The notes under the pieces: generated by a model
Seen by the model: the letters and a program-made list of their open reading frames with translations, nothing else
Database searches by the model: none
What the model was told of the DNA's origin: nothing
DNA from: an uncultured Gammaproteobacteria bacterium
Lineage (GTDB): Bacteria > Patescibacteriota > Patescibacteriia > UBA9570
Length of the DNA stretch: 64,000 nucleotides
Assembly: GCA_964385285.1 (NCBI GenBank)
Contig: CAYLOJ010000002.1
Span: 67,246 to 131,245 of the forward strand
Direction of reading: 5' to 3'
Part shown: positions 18,906 through 27,676 of the stretch, piece after piece
How positions within the stretch are numbered: the first letter of the stretch is position 1
Layout: each line of letters starts with the position of its first letter
Translations under genes and position numbers: made by a program

Positions 18906-20189
18906 ATGGATTTTCCTCAACAGCCCCAAAGTACTACACCATTTCCCGCTGCGCCTCAGCAACCTACCACACCTCCGCCTTTCCCCAATGTGGCTCAGCC
19001 CGGTGGGATGGCTAGTCCGATGATGAATAATGGTCCAATGATGCCGCCGGCAGCTGGCCCCATGCCTGGTGCTACTATGCCACCGATGGGAGCTGTGTCA
19101 CCAAGTTCCACAGTACAGATTCCAATTCAAAGTCATCCAGCCACTTTATCGTCCGACGAGCAGGTTTATACGATGCCTGAGAAGTTTTTGTCTTCCACAG
19201 CCGCTCCTGTCGCGATGCGTCCAAAAAAATCGAATAAAACTGTAACCATTATCTTGGTAGTCCTCATTACGCTAATGATCTTGGCTGCCGTTGGTGGCGT
19301 CCTCTACTATTTCTTAGTGTTATCCAAACAATCTACCACAATCACCGATGCTCAAAATGCCGTTGTGGTGAATAATGCTAATGTAGTGACCAATGCAAAT
19401 AATAGTAATGCCAATACAAACAGTTTGAATCAGAATGGCAACGATAATGCCAATACCAATGCGAATGATAATACCAATACAAATGCCAATGGCAACACGA
19501 ATGTAGTTGCAAATGATAATACCAATACAGTCAATGCCAATACAAACACGAACAGCAATGCGAATGTGAACGCCAATGGCAATACGAATAGTGTTGCCAC
19601 TACCGTAGTTCCACCCAGTGCAAAAGATACGGATGAAGATAGTTTGACCAATGATGAAGAAAAAGTTTGGGGCACAAAGGCTGATCTGCCAGATACCGAT
19701 AATGATGGTTACGCTGATGGTGTAGAAGTATTAGCTGGCTATGATCCGACTAATCCTACCGGTCGTCTGGCTACTAGCGCTTTGGTTGGTACCTTTACGA
19801 ATAGTGAGTATGGCTACACGATGAGCTATCCAAAAGATTGGTTAGCAGAGGCGTTGGCAGAGGGAGATGCGAGTGAGGTGCTATTTACTCCGAATACTCT
19901 TGATCTGACTGGCCAATTTGTCGCGGTCACGGTGACTGCTAATCCGACAGGCCTAACAGCAGTAGATTGGTATACTGATACTGCTAATGTCGATGAAACA
20001 AAAGTTGAAGTGGTCACTAACTTTGCCGGCAAAACGGGAGTATGGAGCGCTGATCGTACTACGGCTTATTATGCAGATTCAAATCATGTCTACGCGGTAA
20101 GTTATCGTTATGGCAGTAGTGATGAACTCTATTTCCCGACAAGTTTTGAGATGATGGTCAAAAGCTTCACTTTAACGGCTGCCAACTAA
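18906..20189 (+). CDS. Paralog-like single-pass membrane protein with a Pro-rich cytoplasmic N-terminus, a TM helix, an Asn-rich hexamer-repeat linker, TSP3-like Asp repeats and a C-terminal globular domain of about 150 aa with no recognisable family
   Basis: PQQPTTPPPFP...MPPAAGPMPGATMPPMGA; TM VTIILVVLITLMILAAVGGVLYYFLVL; NANTNANDNTNTNANGNTN; DTDEDSLTNDEE / DTDNDGYADGVE. Confidence 0.75.
   Translation: MDFPQQPQSTTPFPAAPQQPTTPPPFPNVAQPGGMASPMMNNGPMMPPAAGPMPGATMPPMGAVSPSSTVQIPIQSHPATLSSDEQVYTMPEKFLSSTAAPVAMRPKKSNKTVTIILVVLITLMILAAVGGVLYYFLVLSKQSTTITDAQNAVVVNNANVVTNANNSNANTNSLNQNGNDNANTNANDNTNTNANGNTNVVANDNTNTVNANTNTNSNANVNANGNTNSVATTVVPPSAKDTDEDSLTNDEEKVWGTKADLPDTDNDGYADGVEVLAGYDPTNPTGRLATSALVGTFTNSEYGYTMSYPKDWLAEALAEGDASEVLFTPNTLDLTGQFVAVTVTANPTGLTAVDWYTDTANVDETKVEVVTNFAGKTGVWSADRTTAYYADSNHVYAVSYRYGSSDELYFPTSFEMMVKSFTLTAAN
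19384..19612 (+). repeat. In-frame (AAT-RCN)n hexamer repeat tract encoding an N-A / N-T low-complexity linker
   Basis: aatgccaatacaaac...aatgccaataccaatgcgaatgataataccaatacaaatgccaatggcaacacgaat... Confidence 0.6.
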
Positions 20190-20193
20190 GCGA

Positions 20194-20601
20194 ATGCATC
20201 TAGAAGTGCGCAGAGTCGTGAAAGCGCCATTGTTTACCCCTGCTTTTGCACGCCAGGTACTGCAGGCTGTACGCAAACAGGTGGACTTACCAAAAGCCTG
20301 GAGCGAATTGAGTGTGGTAGTGGTGGGGGATGCAACCATTCGTCGTTTGAACGCTCAGTATCGTCAACAGACTTATATCCCTGATGTCTTGTCGTTTCCC
20401 TACGGACAGGATGGTGGAGAGATTGTGATTGATTATGCCCAAGCCAGACGCCAAGCAGCCCAAAAGCAGGTGGCGCTAAAACATGAATTAGCTTGGTTGT
20501 TGGTCCATGGCATCCTACATGTGATGGGTTATGATCATGAAACGGCAGCTGATGCCAAAGTGATGCGTCCTTTAGAACAAAAGATTTTGCGCTATGTTTA
20601 A
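20194..20601 (+). CDS. ybeY: rRNA maturation endoribonuclease YbeY
   Basis: HGILHVMGYDHE zinc-binding H-x3-H-x5-H motif at about 135 aa. Confidence 0.9.
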   Translation: MHLEVRRVVKAPLFTPAFARQVLQAVRKQVDLPKAWSELSVVVVGDATIRRLNAQYRQQTYIPDVLSFPYGQDGGEIVIDYAQARRQAAQKQVALKHELAWLLVHGILHVMGYDHETAADAKVMRPLEQKILRYV

Positions 20602-20971
20602 GCTAAAGAAATTGCAGGCCAGTTTTCGCTATGCCTGTCAGGGATTGCTCTATGTTTGGCGTCAGGAGCAAAATTTTCGCATTCAGAGCGGCGTTGCCTT
20701 GTTGGTCGTGATTGGTATGTTAGTGTTTCGCGTTACGCTCGGGGAAGCCATTATCCTCACGATGATGATCATCTTCGTATTGGTACTAGAAGTGGTCAAT
20801 ACTATTTTTGAGAAATTGGTAGATATCTTAAAGCCACGTTTACACAGTTATGTTGGGGTAATTAAAGATATGATGGCCGCGACCGTCCTGTTAGCAGCCG
20901 CGGGGTCAGTCGCGATTGCCCTAATGGTGTTCATACCGTATTGCCTCGAATTACTGCAATTGCTACAATAG
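20594..20971 (+). CDS. dgkA: Diacylglycerol/undecaprenol kinase (DgkA family) membrane protein
   Basis: Three TM segments and E..N..FE..VD...P.......KD..AA.VL.AA, typical of prokaryotic DgkA; the ybeY-dgkA adjacency matches Firmicutes. Confidence 0.8.
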   Translation: MFKLKKLQASFRYACQGLLYVWRQEQNFRIQSGVALLVVIGMLVFRVTLGEAIILTMMIIFVLVLEVVNTIFEKLVDILKPRLHSYVGVIKDMMAATVLLAAAGSVAIALMVFIPYCLELLQLLQ

Positions 20972-20975
20972 AGCT

Positions 20976-22229
20976 ATGAGTAAAGGCGATATTATTACTG
21001 GATTAGACATTGGCTCCACCACCATCCGTGTTGCGGTCGGTCAGATGAACCCACATGATAACGAGTTGCACATTATTGGTGCAGCTGAACATCCGGCTGA
21101 GGGAATTAACAAAGGGGTAGTGACGAGCATTGAAGATGCAGTGGCAAGTATTTCCGGTGCTTTAGACAAAGCTGAGCGGATGACTGGTATTCCGATCGAG
21201 CGCGCTTATGTCAGTGTAAATGGAAGTCATATCATCTGTCAGGATAGCCATGGAGTGGTAGCTGTTTCTAAAGCTGATGGAGAGATTCGTGAAGAGGATG
21301 TACAACGTGCCATTGAAGCTGCACAGACAGTGGCTACTCCACCAAATTACGAAATTCTACATGTCATCCCACGACAGTTTCAAGTAGATAATCAAGCCGG
21401 CGTCAAAGATCCAGTCGGAATGACTGGGATTAAACTAGAAGTGGATGCGCAAATTATTCTTGGTTTAACATCACAGGTCAAAAACCTAACGAAGTGTGTG
21501 TATCGTACCGGTACAGATATCCAAGATCTCGTCTTAGGTGTATTAGGGGTCAGTGAGGCTGTCTTAACTAAACGCCAAAAAGAGCTGGGTGTTGCTTTGG
21601 TGAATCTTGGAGGATTAACCACTAGTGTAATGGTGTTTGAAGAGGGCGACATGATTCATACGAAGATCTTGCCGATTGGTTCTGGACATATCACCAATGA
21701 TATTGCGATTGGACTACGTACCTCCGTTGATATTGCTGAGGTGATCAAGGCAAAATATGGTACAGCTGTCCCAGAAGATGTAGCCAAACATGAAGAGATT
21801 GATTTGCGTGAAATTGATCCGAACGAAAATAGTCGAGTATCGCGCAAAGAGGTTGCTGAAATTATCGAAGCCCGTTTAGAAGAGATGTTTACTTTGGTCA
21901 ATAAAGAGCTGAAAGCGATTAATCGTCATGGGATGTTACCAGCCGGTATTGTCTTAACTGGTGGTGGTGCAAAATTAACCGGTATTATTGAAGTGGCCAA
22001 AAAACAATTCTCACTACCGGCAGCTGTGGGCACGGCTCGAAAATTTAAAACTGCGATTGATAAGATTGAAGACCCTGTATTCGCTACAGCTCTGGGCTTA
22101 GTAGTATGGGGTGAAAATTTGGGTGGGGATACTCGCAATTCTGGCGGTCTGGCATCCTTAGCACGATTTTCAGCGGTAGGCGATGCGACCAATAAAATGA
22201 AGAAGTGGTTCAAGAGTTTGCTGCCTTAG
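20976..22229 (+). CDS. ftsA: Cell division protein FtsA
   Basis: Actin-fold ATPase with GLDIGSTTIRVAVG, and the following gene is ftsZ. Confidence 0.95.
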   Translation: MSKGDIITGLDIGSTTIRVAVGQMNPHDNELHIIGAAEHPAEGINKGVVTSIEDAVASISGALDKAERMTGIPIERAYVSVNGSHIICQDSHGVVAVSKADGEIREEDVQRAIEAAQTVATPPNYEILHVIPRQFQVDNQAGVKDPVGMTGIKLEVDAQIILGLTSQVKNLTKCVYRTGTDIQDLVLGVLGVSEAVLTKRQKELGVALVNLGGLTTSVMVFEEGDMIHTKILPIGSGHITNDIAIGLRTSVDIAEVIKAKYGTAVPEDVAKHEEIDLREIDPNENSRVSRKEVAEIIEARLEEMFTLVNKELKAINRHGMLPAGIVLTGGGAKLTGIIEVAKKQFSLPAAVGTARKFKTAIDKIEDPVFATALGLVVWGENLGGDTRNSGGLASLARFSAVGDATNKMKKWFKSLLP

Positions 22230-22262
22230 TAATAGACCTCCTCTGTCTTCGTTCCTCAGACA

Positions 22263-22290
22263 TCTCCTCCTCTTTTAGGAGGAGATTTAA
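22263..22290 (+). terminator. Hairpin ATCTCCTCCT-ctttt-AGGAGGAGAT after ftsA (a second weaker hairpin lies at about 22313-22336). Candidate attenuator/terminator between ftsA and ftsZ.
   Basis: Perfect 10-bp inverted repeat, with a weak T-tract after it. Confidence 0.4.
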
Positions 22291-22420
22291 ATTAGAATGA
22301 TCTCAATTACAACCCCTCTCCAAAAAGAGGGGAGGGGTGGCCGAGAGGCTGGGAGCGGTCTGTTAGAGTAAGTAGTGAGATAGGGTTATTTTTTTATGAG
22401 TACAAATTGTATTCAATGTG

Positions 22421-22449
22421 TTGACTTAAATGCAATAACCCAGTAGTAT
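22421..22449 (+). promoter_or_regulatory. Candidate promoter TTGACT-N17-TAGTAT upstream of ftsZ
   Basis: -35 at 22421-22426, -10 at 22444-22449, ftsZ ATG at 22491. Confidence 0.45.
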
Positions 22450-22490
22450 TCTTATTTGTATAGTTTAGCATTGAACAAAAATAGTGTTAT

Positions 22491-23642
22491 ATGCCTAATG
22501 GTAAATATATGGAAGTAAAACCTGATGTAGAAACCTTTGCCAAAATCTTGGTCGTTGGTGTTGGTGGGTCCGGTGGATCTGCTGTACAACGCATGATTGA
22601 TAGTGGATTAAAAGGGGTGGAATTTGTCGCTGTGAATACGGATGCTCAAGCCCTACACCATAATCCAGCCAAACATAAAATCCATATTGGTAAAAGCACT
22701 ACCCGTGGATTAGGCGCTGGAATGGATCCTTCGGTGGGAGCTAAGGCTGCTGAAGAAACCAATGAAGAGTTAAGCACAATGCTGAAAGGTGCCGATATGG
22801 TTTTTGTGACTTGTGGTTTAGGTGGTGGTACGGGTTCTGGAGCGGGTCCAATTATTGCTCGTATGGCTCGCGATGCTGGCGCCTTAACAGTTGCAGTTGT
22901 CACCAAGCCGTTTGCATTTGAAGGTGCTCAACGCGGTCAGATCGCAGACGGTGCGTATAATGAAATGGCCGATGCAGTGGATACCATCATTACTATCCCT
23001 AATGATCGTTTACTCCAGATCATTGATAAGAAGACTTCATTATTGGAAGCATTCAAAACTGTCGATAATGTGTTATTCCAAGGCGTGCAAGGAATCTCTG
23101 ATTTAATTACTGTTCCTGGCTTAATTAACGTTGACTTTGCGGACGTAAAATCAGTGATGGCTAATGCTGGGTCTGCCTTAATGGGTATTGGTCGTGCAAC
23201 AGGTGAAAATCGTGCTGTGGATGCAGCGAAGGCAGCGGTAGACAGTCCTTTACTAGAATTGAGCATTGACGGCGCTAAAGGCATTCTATTCACCATTACT
23301 GGTGGTCCTAACTTAGGGATGTATGAAGTCAACGAAGCTGCTCGTGTAATTACTGAATCGGCGGATCCATCGGCTAAGATTATTTTCGGCGCCAACGTTG
23401 ATGAAGCCATGGGAGACGAAATTAAAATTACGGTGGTTGCTACCGGCTTCGGTCAGCCAGCGAAAGCGGCTAAAAAAATTCAGGCCGTTCGTCCCAGCCC
23501 ATTTAGTAAGCGAGATGAAGTCGAATCTCCAGTGGCTAGCCAAACTTTCCGCAACAAAAATATTATGGATGAGGCGCCGGTTGATAATTCAGCCGATGAG
23601 GATCTAGAAGTTCCTGCCTTCATTCGGAAGAAGATGATGTAA
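22491..23642 (+). CDS. ftsZ: Cell division GTPase FtsZ
   Basis: Tubulin signature GGGTGSG and the NTDAQAL motif; C-terminal conserved tail (DLEVPAFIRKK). Confidence 0.95.
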   Translation: MPNGKYMEVKPDVETFAKILVVGVGGSGGSAVQRMIDSGLKGVEFVAVNTDAQALHHNPAKHKIHIGKSTTRGLGAGMDPSVGAKAAEETNEELSTMLKGADMVFVTCGLGGGTGSGAGPIIARMARDAGALTVAVVTKPFAFEGAQRGQIADGAYNEMADAVDTIITIPNDRLLQIIDKKTSLLEAFKTVDNVLFQGVQGISDLITVPGLINVDFADVKSVMANAGSALMGIGRATGENRAVDAAKAAVDSPLLELSIDGAKGILFTITGGPNLGMYEVNEAARVITESADPSAKIIFGANVDEAMGDEIKITVVATGFGQPAKAAKKIQAVRPSPFSKRDEVESPVASQTFRNKNIMDEAPVDNSADEDLEVPAFIRKKMM

Positions 23643-23656
23643 ACTCCAAACTAAAC

Positions 23657-23687
23657 TATCCTCGCTAACAAGCGGGGATAGTTTTTT
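23657..23687 (+). terminator. Rho-independent terminator after ftsZ
   Basis: 10-bp stem CTATCCTCGC / GCGGGGATAG (one G-U wobble), 5-nt loop, then TTTTTT. Confidence 0.7.
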
Positions 23688-23784
23688 GATTGGCCCGATG
23701 CAGGATAATGAGAGTGGTCGCCCAGACTATTTTGGTTTATACTTAAGCTGTTAGCTATTATCTATTTGATTAGCATATATCTAT

Positions 23785-26445
23785 ATGAGGAGGATCCATC
23801 CCGTAGCCAGTTTATTAGTCAGTCTAGGCATGTGTTTGGCTGCCGCTCCGGCCTTTGCGGGGGACACCTTTTTTGTAAACAGTGTCGATGGCAACGATGG
23901 CAATAACTGTCGTTCGGCTAATGCCGCTTGTTTAACTATTGCCCATGCGACTGATTTGTTAACGGCACAATCCAAACCGCAAAATAGTGTTTTGAAATTA
24001 TCCGGCACGTTCGCTGAAACGATTTCACTTTCATCAAGTTCTGTAGACACTGATCAACTCCTAGACGGATTGCGCATTACGGCTACGGATACTGATCAAA
24101 AGCCAACCATTGACGGCACTGGTCAGGATTATGCAGTTTCATTGGTTGATATTCATAACGCGACTGTGGATCATTTAATCGTTACTGGTGCGGCCCATGG
24201 TATCAATGTTAGTGGGTCAGGCTCTAACTATATTTCAGATGCTTCGATTCATCATAATACTGTGACTGGGTTAGTGGGCAATCCATCGTTTACCGCTATT
24301 ACATTATCTAATGCTAAGCAGTCATCGGTAGCGCATAATCAGATTGAGAATCAAGCTCAGGTGACAACAGATGAAACGGATTATGTCCTTAGTCGCAGTA
24401 TTTATCTGTATCGCGTGCGTAATTCAGTCGTAAAATCTAATCGTATCGTTGATGTAGGCATTACCAACACGTTGACTGCGGCAGCTTCTCATTCAACCTA
24501 TCTTTACGGTATCTACGTATCGCAGTCCGTGGATATGATCGTTAAGTCCAATGTTGTGCGGCGCTTAACTAATCTAGAAACCAGTACCGTAGCTGGCACA
24601 AGTCAGTATTTGTATACCTACGGAATTTGGACAGGTAGCTCCGCGGATGTCATTGCCAATCACAATACCGTGGATACAGTGACGTCTACAGTTATTGGTG
24701 ATCTCGCAGGAACCAGTGCGTATAGTTATGCTTACGGAATGACACTGACTGATCTTCATGCTGGCGAAGGCACCAACTTGCTTAATCACAATACTATTAC
24801 AGATGTAACGGCATCGGCAAACACGGCAAGTACATATAGCTATGGCACAGGTATTTCCGTCGATTATACACGCACCTTGTCGATGTTACATAATGTCATC
24901 AAACGTGTGGCCGCTACTGCGAGTGGCTCAATTGCGAATGGTACCTATGATGCAATCAGTTACGGTATTAATGGGCCAAATTACAGTAGCGATATCATTA
25001 TTGATGATACGACTATTCGTAATTTAGATGCGAATGTGGACTACTCTGGAAACGACACTAGCGGCTATGCAGTTGTGAAGGGGATTGTGTCAGCCTATTC
25101 TACTGTGCAGGTTGCTAATAATAGTGTGCGTGATCTGGCTTGGTCAATTAATAACCATGCTGCTGCTAACGCAAATGAATATGCTTATCTCTATGGTATT
25201 GATGTTGGCAATGGTGTGCAGGTGGAGATTCTCAATAACACAGTTCGTGACTTAACTGCGAGCTATACTACAACATCGGCCGGTGGCTATTTTGTACCCT
25301 ATACATTTGGAATTAATTCACAGAATGTAGATACAGCTCTGGTGCAGGGGAATACAGTGCGTGATACTGCAATCAGCGTTACCAACAGTGATCCTACGGA
25401 TGCCAGTGTTATCTACAGCTATCTCTATCTGATCAATCTTGGTAGTATTTCAAATTTAACTGCAGCAAATAACGTTCTGCAGGATAATACCATGACTATC
25501 AATGGTGGAAATGCCAATCCGGTCTACAACTACGTCTACGGAATCAATTTAAGCAATTCAGAAGGAACAATTAATAATAATCGTGTATCAGGATTAACCG
25601 CTTCGGCCAGTAGCGTCAATGGGACGGCTACACAATATATCTATAGTTTGAACGCGAGTAGCTTAGGCCAGTTGGTGATGAATAATAACGTAATCAAGAA
25701 GCTGACCGCAACGGTGGATGCCAACAATCCAAGCCAGTATGTATACGGGATTTATATCACGAATGCCAAACCGGTATATGTGAATGCTAATGAATTCAGA
25801 AACATTCAAGCTACCGCTCCATCTAACCAAAGTGTGATCGGTATGTACCTCAATACGGATGTGAGTAACGGTCGTATTTTGAATAACCTTATGTTGGGCA
25901 AGAGCGATTATAGTGGTAGTGGTGATTACATTGGGCTTTATCTACCCAGTGATTCCAATACAGATCTAGATGTCATCAATAATACCTTTGCCAACTGGCG
26001 TTACCCCATCAAATTAGATGGCGGTAAGAGTGTCACATTGAAGAACAACATCTTTGCGGCTATCACAAACACCGGATATGCCATGGCTATTCGCTATGAC
26101 CATATCAATCAAGATCAATTTAGATCCGATTACAACCTATTCTATAATACACTTGGGAAAACTCGGGCGATCTATGACACGGATGCAGCTGCTGAGATAC
26201 ATTTCGGTGATTGGTCAAATGCCGGTGGTTCCTATGGTTACGATTTGCATTCGCTCTATAGCAAACCAAGACTAACTGCGAGTGGTCGTTTGAAGTCTAA
26301 TTCTAAGGCGCATGACCGCGGTACCGACAATTGGAATTATGCAACAGACAGTCTTGAGTATTCCTTGATCAGTACAGATCTGAATGGCACAGCACGTCCA
26401 GGTGGTGATGGCCAGGTTGATATTGGCGCTGACGAGCAGGAATAG
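23785..26445 (+). CDS. Secreted right-handed parallel beta-helix (PbH1/pectate-lyase-fold) repeat protein, 886 aa, with a roughly 45-aa periodic 'Y-x-Y-G-I ... N-x-V' repeat
   Basis: Signal peptide MRRIHPVASLLVSLGMCLAAAPAFA. Repeats NHNTVTG / HNQIEN / NSVVKSNRIVD / NHNTITDV. The motif (STYLYGIYVS, SQYLYTYGIW, SAYSYAYGMT, YAYLYGIDVG, VYNYVYGINL, QYVYGIYIT) recurs 10 or more times. Confidence 0.8.
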   Translation: MRRIHPVASLLVSLGMCLAAAPAFAGDTFFVNSVDGNDGNNCRSANAACLTIAHATDLLTAQSKPQNSVLKLSGTFAETISLSSSSVDTDQLLDGLRITATDTDQKPTIDGTGQDYAVSLVDIHNATVDHLIVTGAAHGINVSGSGSNYISDASIHHNTVTGLVGNPSFTAITLSNAKQSSVAHNQIENQAQVTTDETDYVLSRSIYLYRVRNSVVKSNRIVDVGITNTLTAAASHSTYLYGIYVSQSVDMIVKSNVVRRLTNLETSTVAGTSQYLYTYGIWTGSSADVIANHNTVDTVTSTVIGDLAGTSAYSYAYGMTLTDLHAGEGTNLLNHNTITDVTASANTASTYSYGTGISVDYTRTLSMLHNVIKRVAATASGSIANGTYDAISYGINGPNYSSDIIIDDTTIRNLDANVDYSGNDTSGYAVVKGIVSAYSTVQVANNSVRDLAWSINNHAAANANEYAYLYGIDVGNGVQVEILNNTVRDLTASYTTTSAGGYFVPYTFGINSQNVDTALVQGNTVRDTAISVTNSDPTDASVIYSYLYLINLGSISNLTAANNVLQDNTMTINGGNANPVYNYVYGINLSNSEGTINNNRVSGLTASASSVNGTATQYIYSLNASSLGQLVMNNNVIKKLTATVDANNPSQYVYGIYITNAKPVYVNANEFRNIQATAPSNQSVIGMYLNTDVSNGRILNNLMLGKSDYSGSGDYIGLYLPSDSNTDLDVINNTFANWRYPIKLDGGKSVTLKNNIFAAITNTGYAMAIRYDHINQDQFRSDYNLFYNTLGKTRAIYDTDAAAEIHFGDWSNAGGSYGYDLHSLYSKPRLTASGRLKSNSKAHDRGTDNWNYATDSLEYSLISTDLNGTARPGGDGQVDIGADEQE

Positions 26446-26459
26446 GGTATACTACCGTT

Positions 26460-26930
26460 ATGCGTTGCCCAGCTTGCTTACACGATGAAACTAAAGTGCT
26501 CGATTCTCGAGACATGGATGAGGGTATGGCTACACGGCGTCGTCGTGAATGTCCAAAATGCGATTTTCGGTTTTCCACTAAAGAGCAGGTTGAAATTTTG
26601 AATCTAAAAGTAAAAAAAACGGATGGTCGTTTGGAACCCTATTCAACCGATAAAATTACTCGGGGCTTACACATTGCCTTAGAAAAACGGTTGAAAGACG
26701 AGGAACGCTTTAAAAAACTCGTGGCAGGTATTGAACGTGATATTCAAATTGCTGCCAAAGCAGATGCTATTGAATCCAAGGCAATTGGTGATATTGTTAT
26801 GCGGCATCTGAAGAAAATTGATAAAATAGCTTATATCCGTTTTGCTTCGGTCTATCAAGACTTTGAAGACCTATTAGCATTCCAAGAAGAGGTGGAACGT
26901 TTAATGACCAAACGTAAGAAAAAAGCTTAA
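26460..26930 (+). CDS. nrdR: Transcriptional repressor NrdR (Zn-ribbon plus ATP-cone)
   Basis: MRCPACLHDETKVLDSRDMDEG...RRRECPKCDFRFSTKE. Confidence 0.9.
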   Translation: MRCPACLHDETKVLDSRDMDEGMATRRRRECPKCDFRFSTKEQVEILNLKVKKTDGRLEPYSTDKITRGLHIALEKRLKDEERFKKLVAGIERDIQIAAKADAIESKAIGDIVMRHLKKIDKIAYIRFASVYQDFEDLLAFQEEVERLMTKRKKKA

Positions 26931-26946
26931 GGCATCATTCACCACT

Positions 26947-27519
26947 ATGAAAATGCATAAAAAACCGTCCAAGCAACGCAATCCCAAGAAAAACTTAGGC
27001 TATTTGCATGTCTATACAGGTGAAGGTAAAGGCAAAACCTCAGCTGCTCTCGGTGTGTTATTGCGAGCCGCTGGTCAGGGGCATCGGGTATTAATGATTC
27101 AGTTTTTAAAGGGCCATAAAGATGCCGGTGAATTTCTTGCCTTTCAACAGTTAGGGGATAATGTGGAGATTGTGCAATTTGGCCGTACGGATCTTACTTC
27201 CTTAGAGGCTGCGCAAGCGGTTGATGCCTATTTTGCAGTGCAGGGTTTGAACTATGCGCGTGAAGCACTACGCGGTCGTCGGCGTCCTGACTTATTGATA
27301 CTGGATGAAGTCACCGCAGCTGTTCATCATGGCTTATTACCAATTGAAGCATTGGTAGATTTCCTTGAGAATCGCCACCGCAATACCGAGGTCATTTTGA
27401 CGGGTGTACAAGCCCATCCAGCCCTATTAAATATGGCTGATTTGGTTACGGTCATGTACCCTGCCAAGCACTATTTTGAGAATCAAAACTTCGAACCACG
27501 CATCGGCATCGAGCACTAG
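26947..27519 (+). CDS. cobA: Cob(I)alamin adenosyltransferase, CobA/CobO/BtuR family
   Basis: VYTGEGKGKTSAALG (P-loop), IQFLKG, LILDEVT, VILTG ... ADLVT..P.KH.F......GI are family motifs. Confidence 0.85.
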   Translation: MKMHKKPSKQRNPKKNLGYLHVYTGEGKGKTSAALGVLLRAAGQGHRVLMIQFLKGHKDAGEFLAFQQLGDNVEIVQFGRTDLTSLEAAQAVDAYFAVQGLNYAREALRGRRRPDLLILDEVTAAVHHGLLPIEALVDFLENRHRNTEVILTGVQAHPALLNMADLVTVMYPAKHYFENQNFEPRIGIEH

Positions 27520-27558
27520 AGGTTATCCACAACTGACGCGTGCTGATTTGGCTATACA

Positions 27559-27605
27559 CCACAACCTATTGTGGTATACTGAATTTCCTACCACAATATA
27601 TAGGG
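27559..27605 (+). promoter_or_regulatory. Two tandem NrdR-box-like palindromes about 31 bp apart in the nrdJ 5' region, overlapping a TATACT -10-like element. A GTTAGC...GCTAAC stem-loop follows in the 5' UTR at 27604-27633.
   Basis: Box 1 cCACAAcctaTTGTGg (27559-27574); box 2 aCCACAATATATAGGG (27590-27605). Compare the NrdR consensus acaCwAtATaTwGtgt. Confidence 0.5.
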
Positions 27606-27676
27606 TTAGCTCAGTTCTGCGGAACGGCTAACAGCAGTAGTAATATAGCCATTATCAATCATTTATTAACGCCAGT

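Noticed and set aside
18541-19612. Possible CRISPR array, considered because of short tandem repeats
   Set aside because: The repeats are 6-nt in-frame coding repeats inside ORFs, there are no spacers of 24 nt or more, and there are no cas genes.
22311-22360. tRNA-like stretch (gaggggaggggtggccgagaggctg), resembling a Ser/Leu tRNA D-arm
   Set aside because: No T-arm (GTTCGAATC-like), no acceptor pairing and no CCA context. It is better explained as a hairpin in the ftsA-ftsZ spacer.
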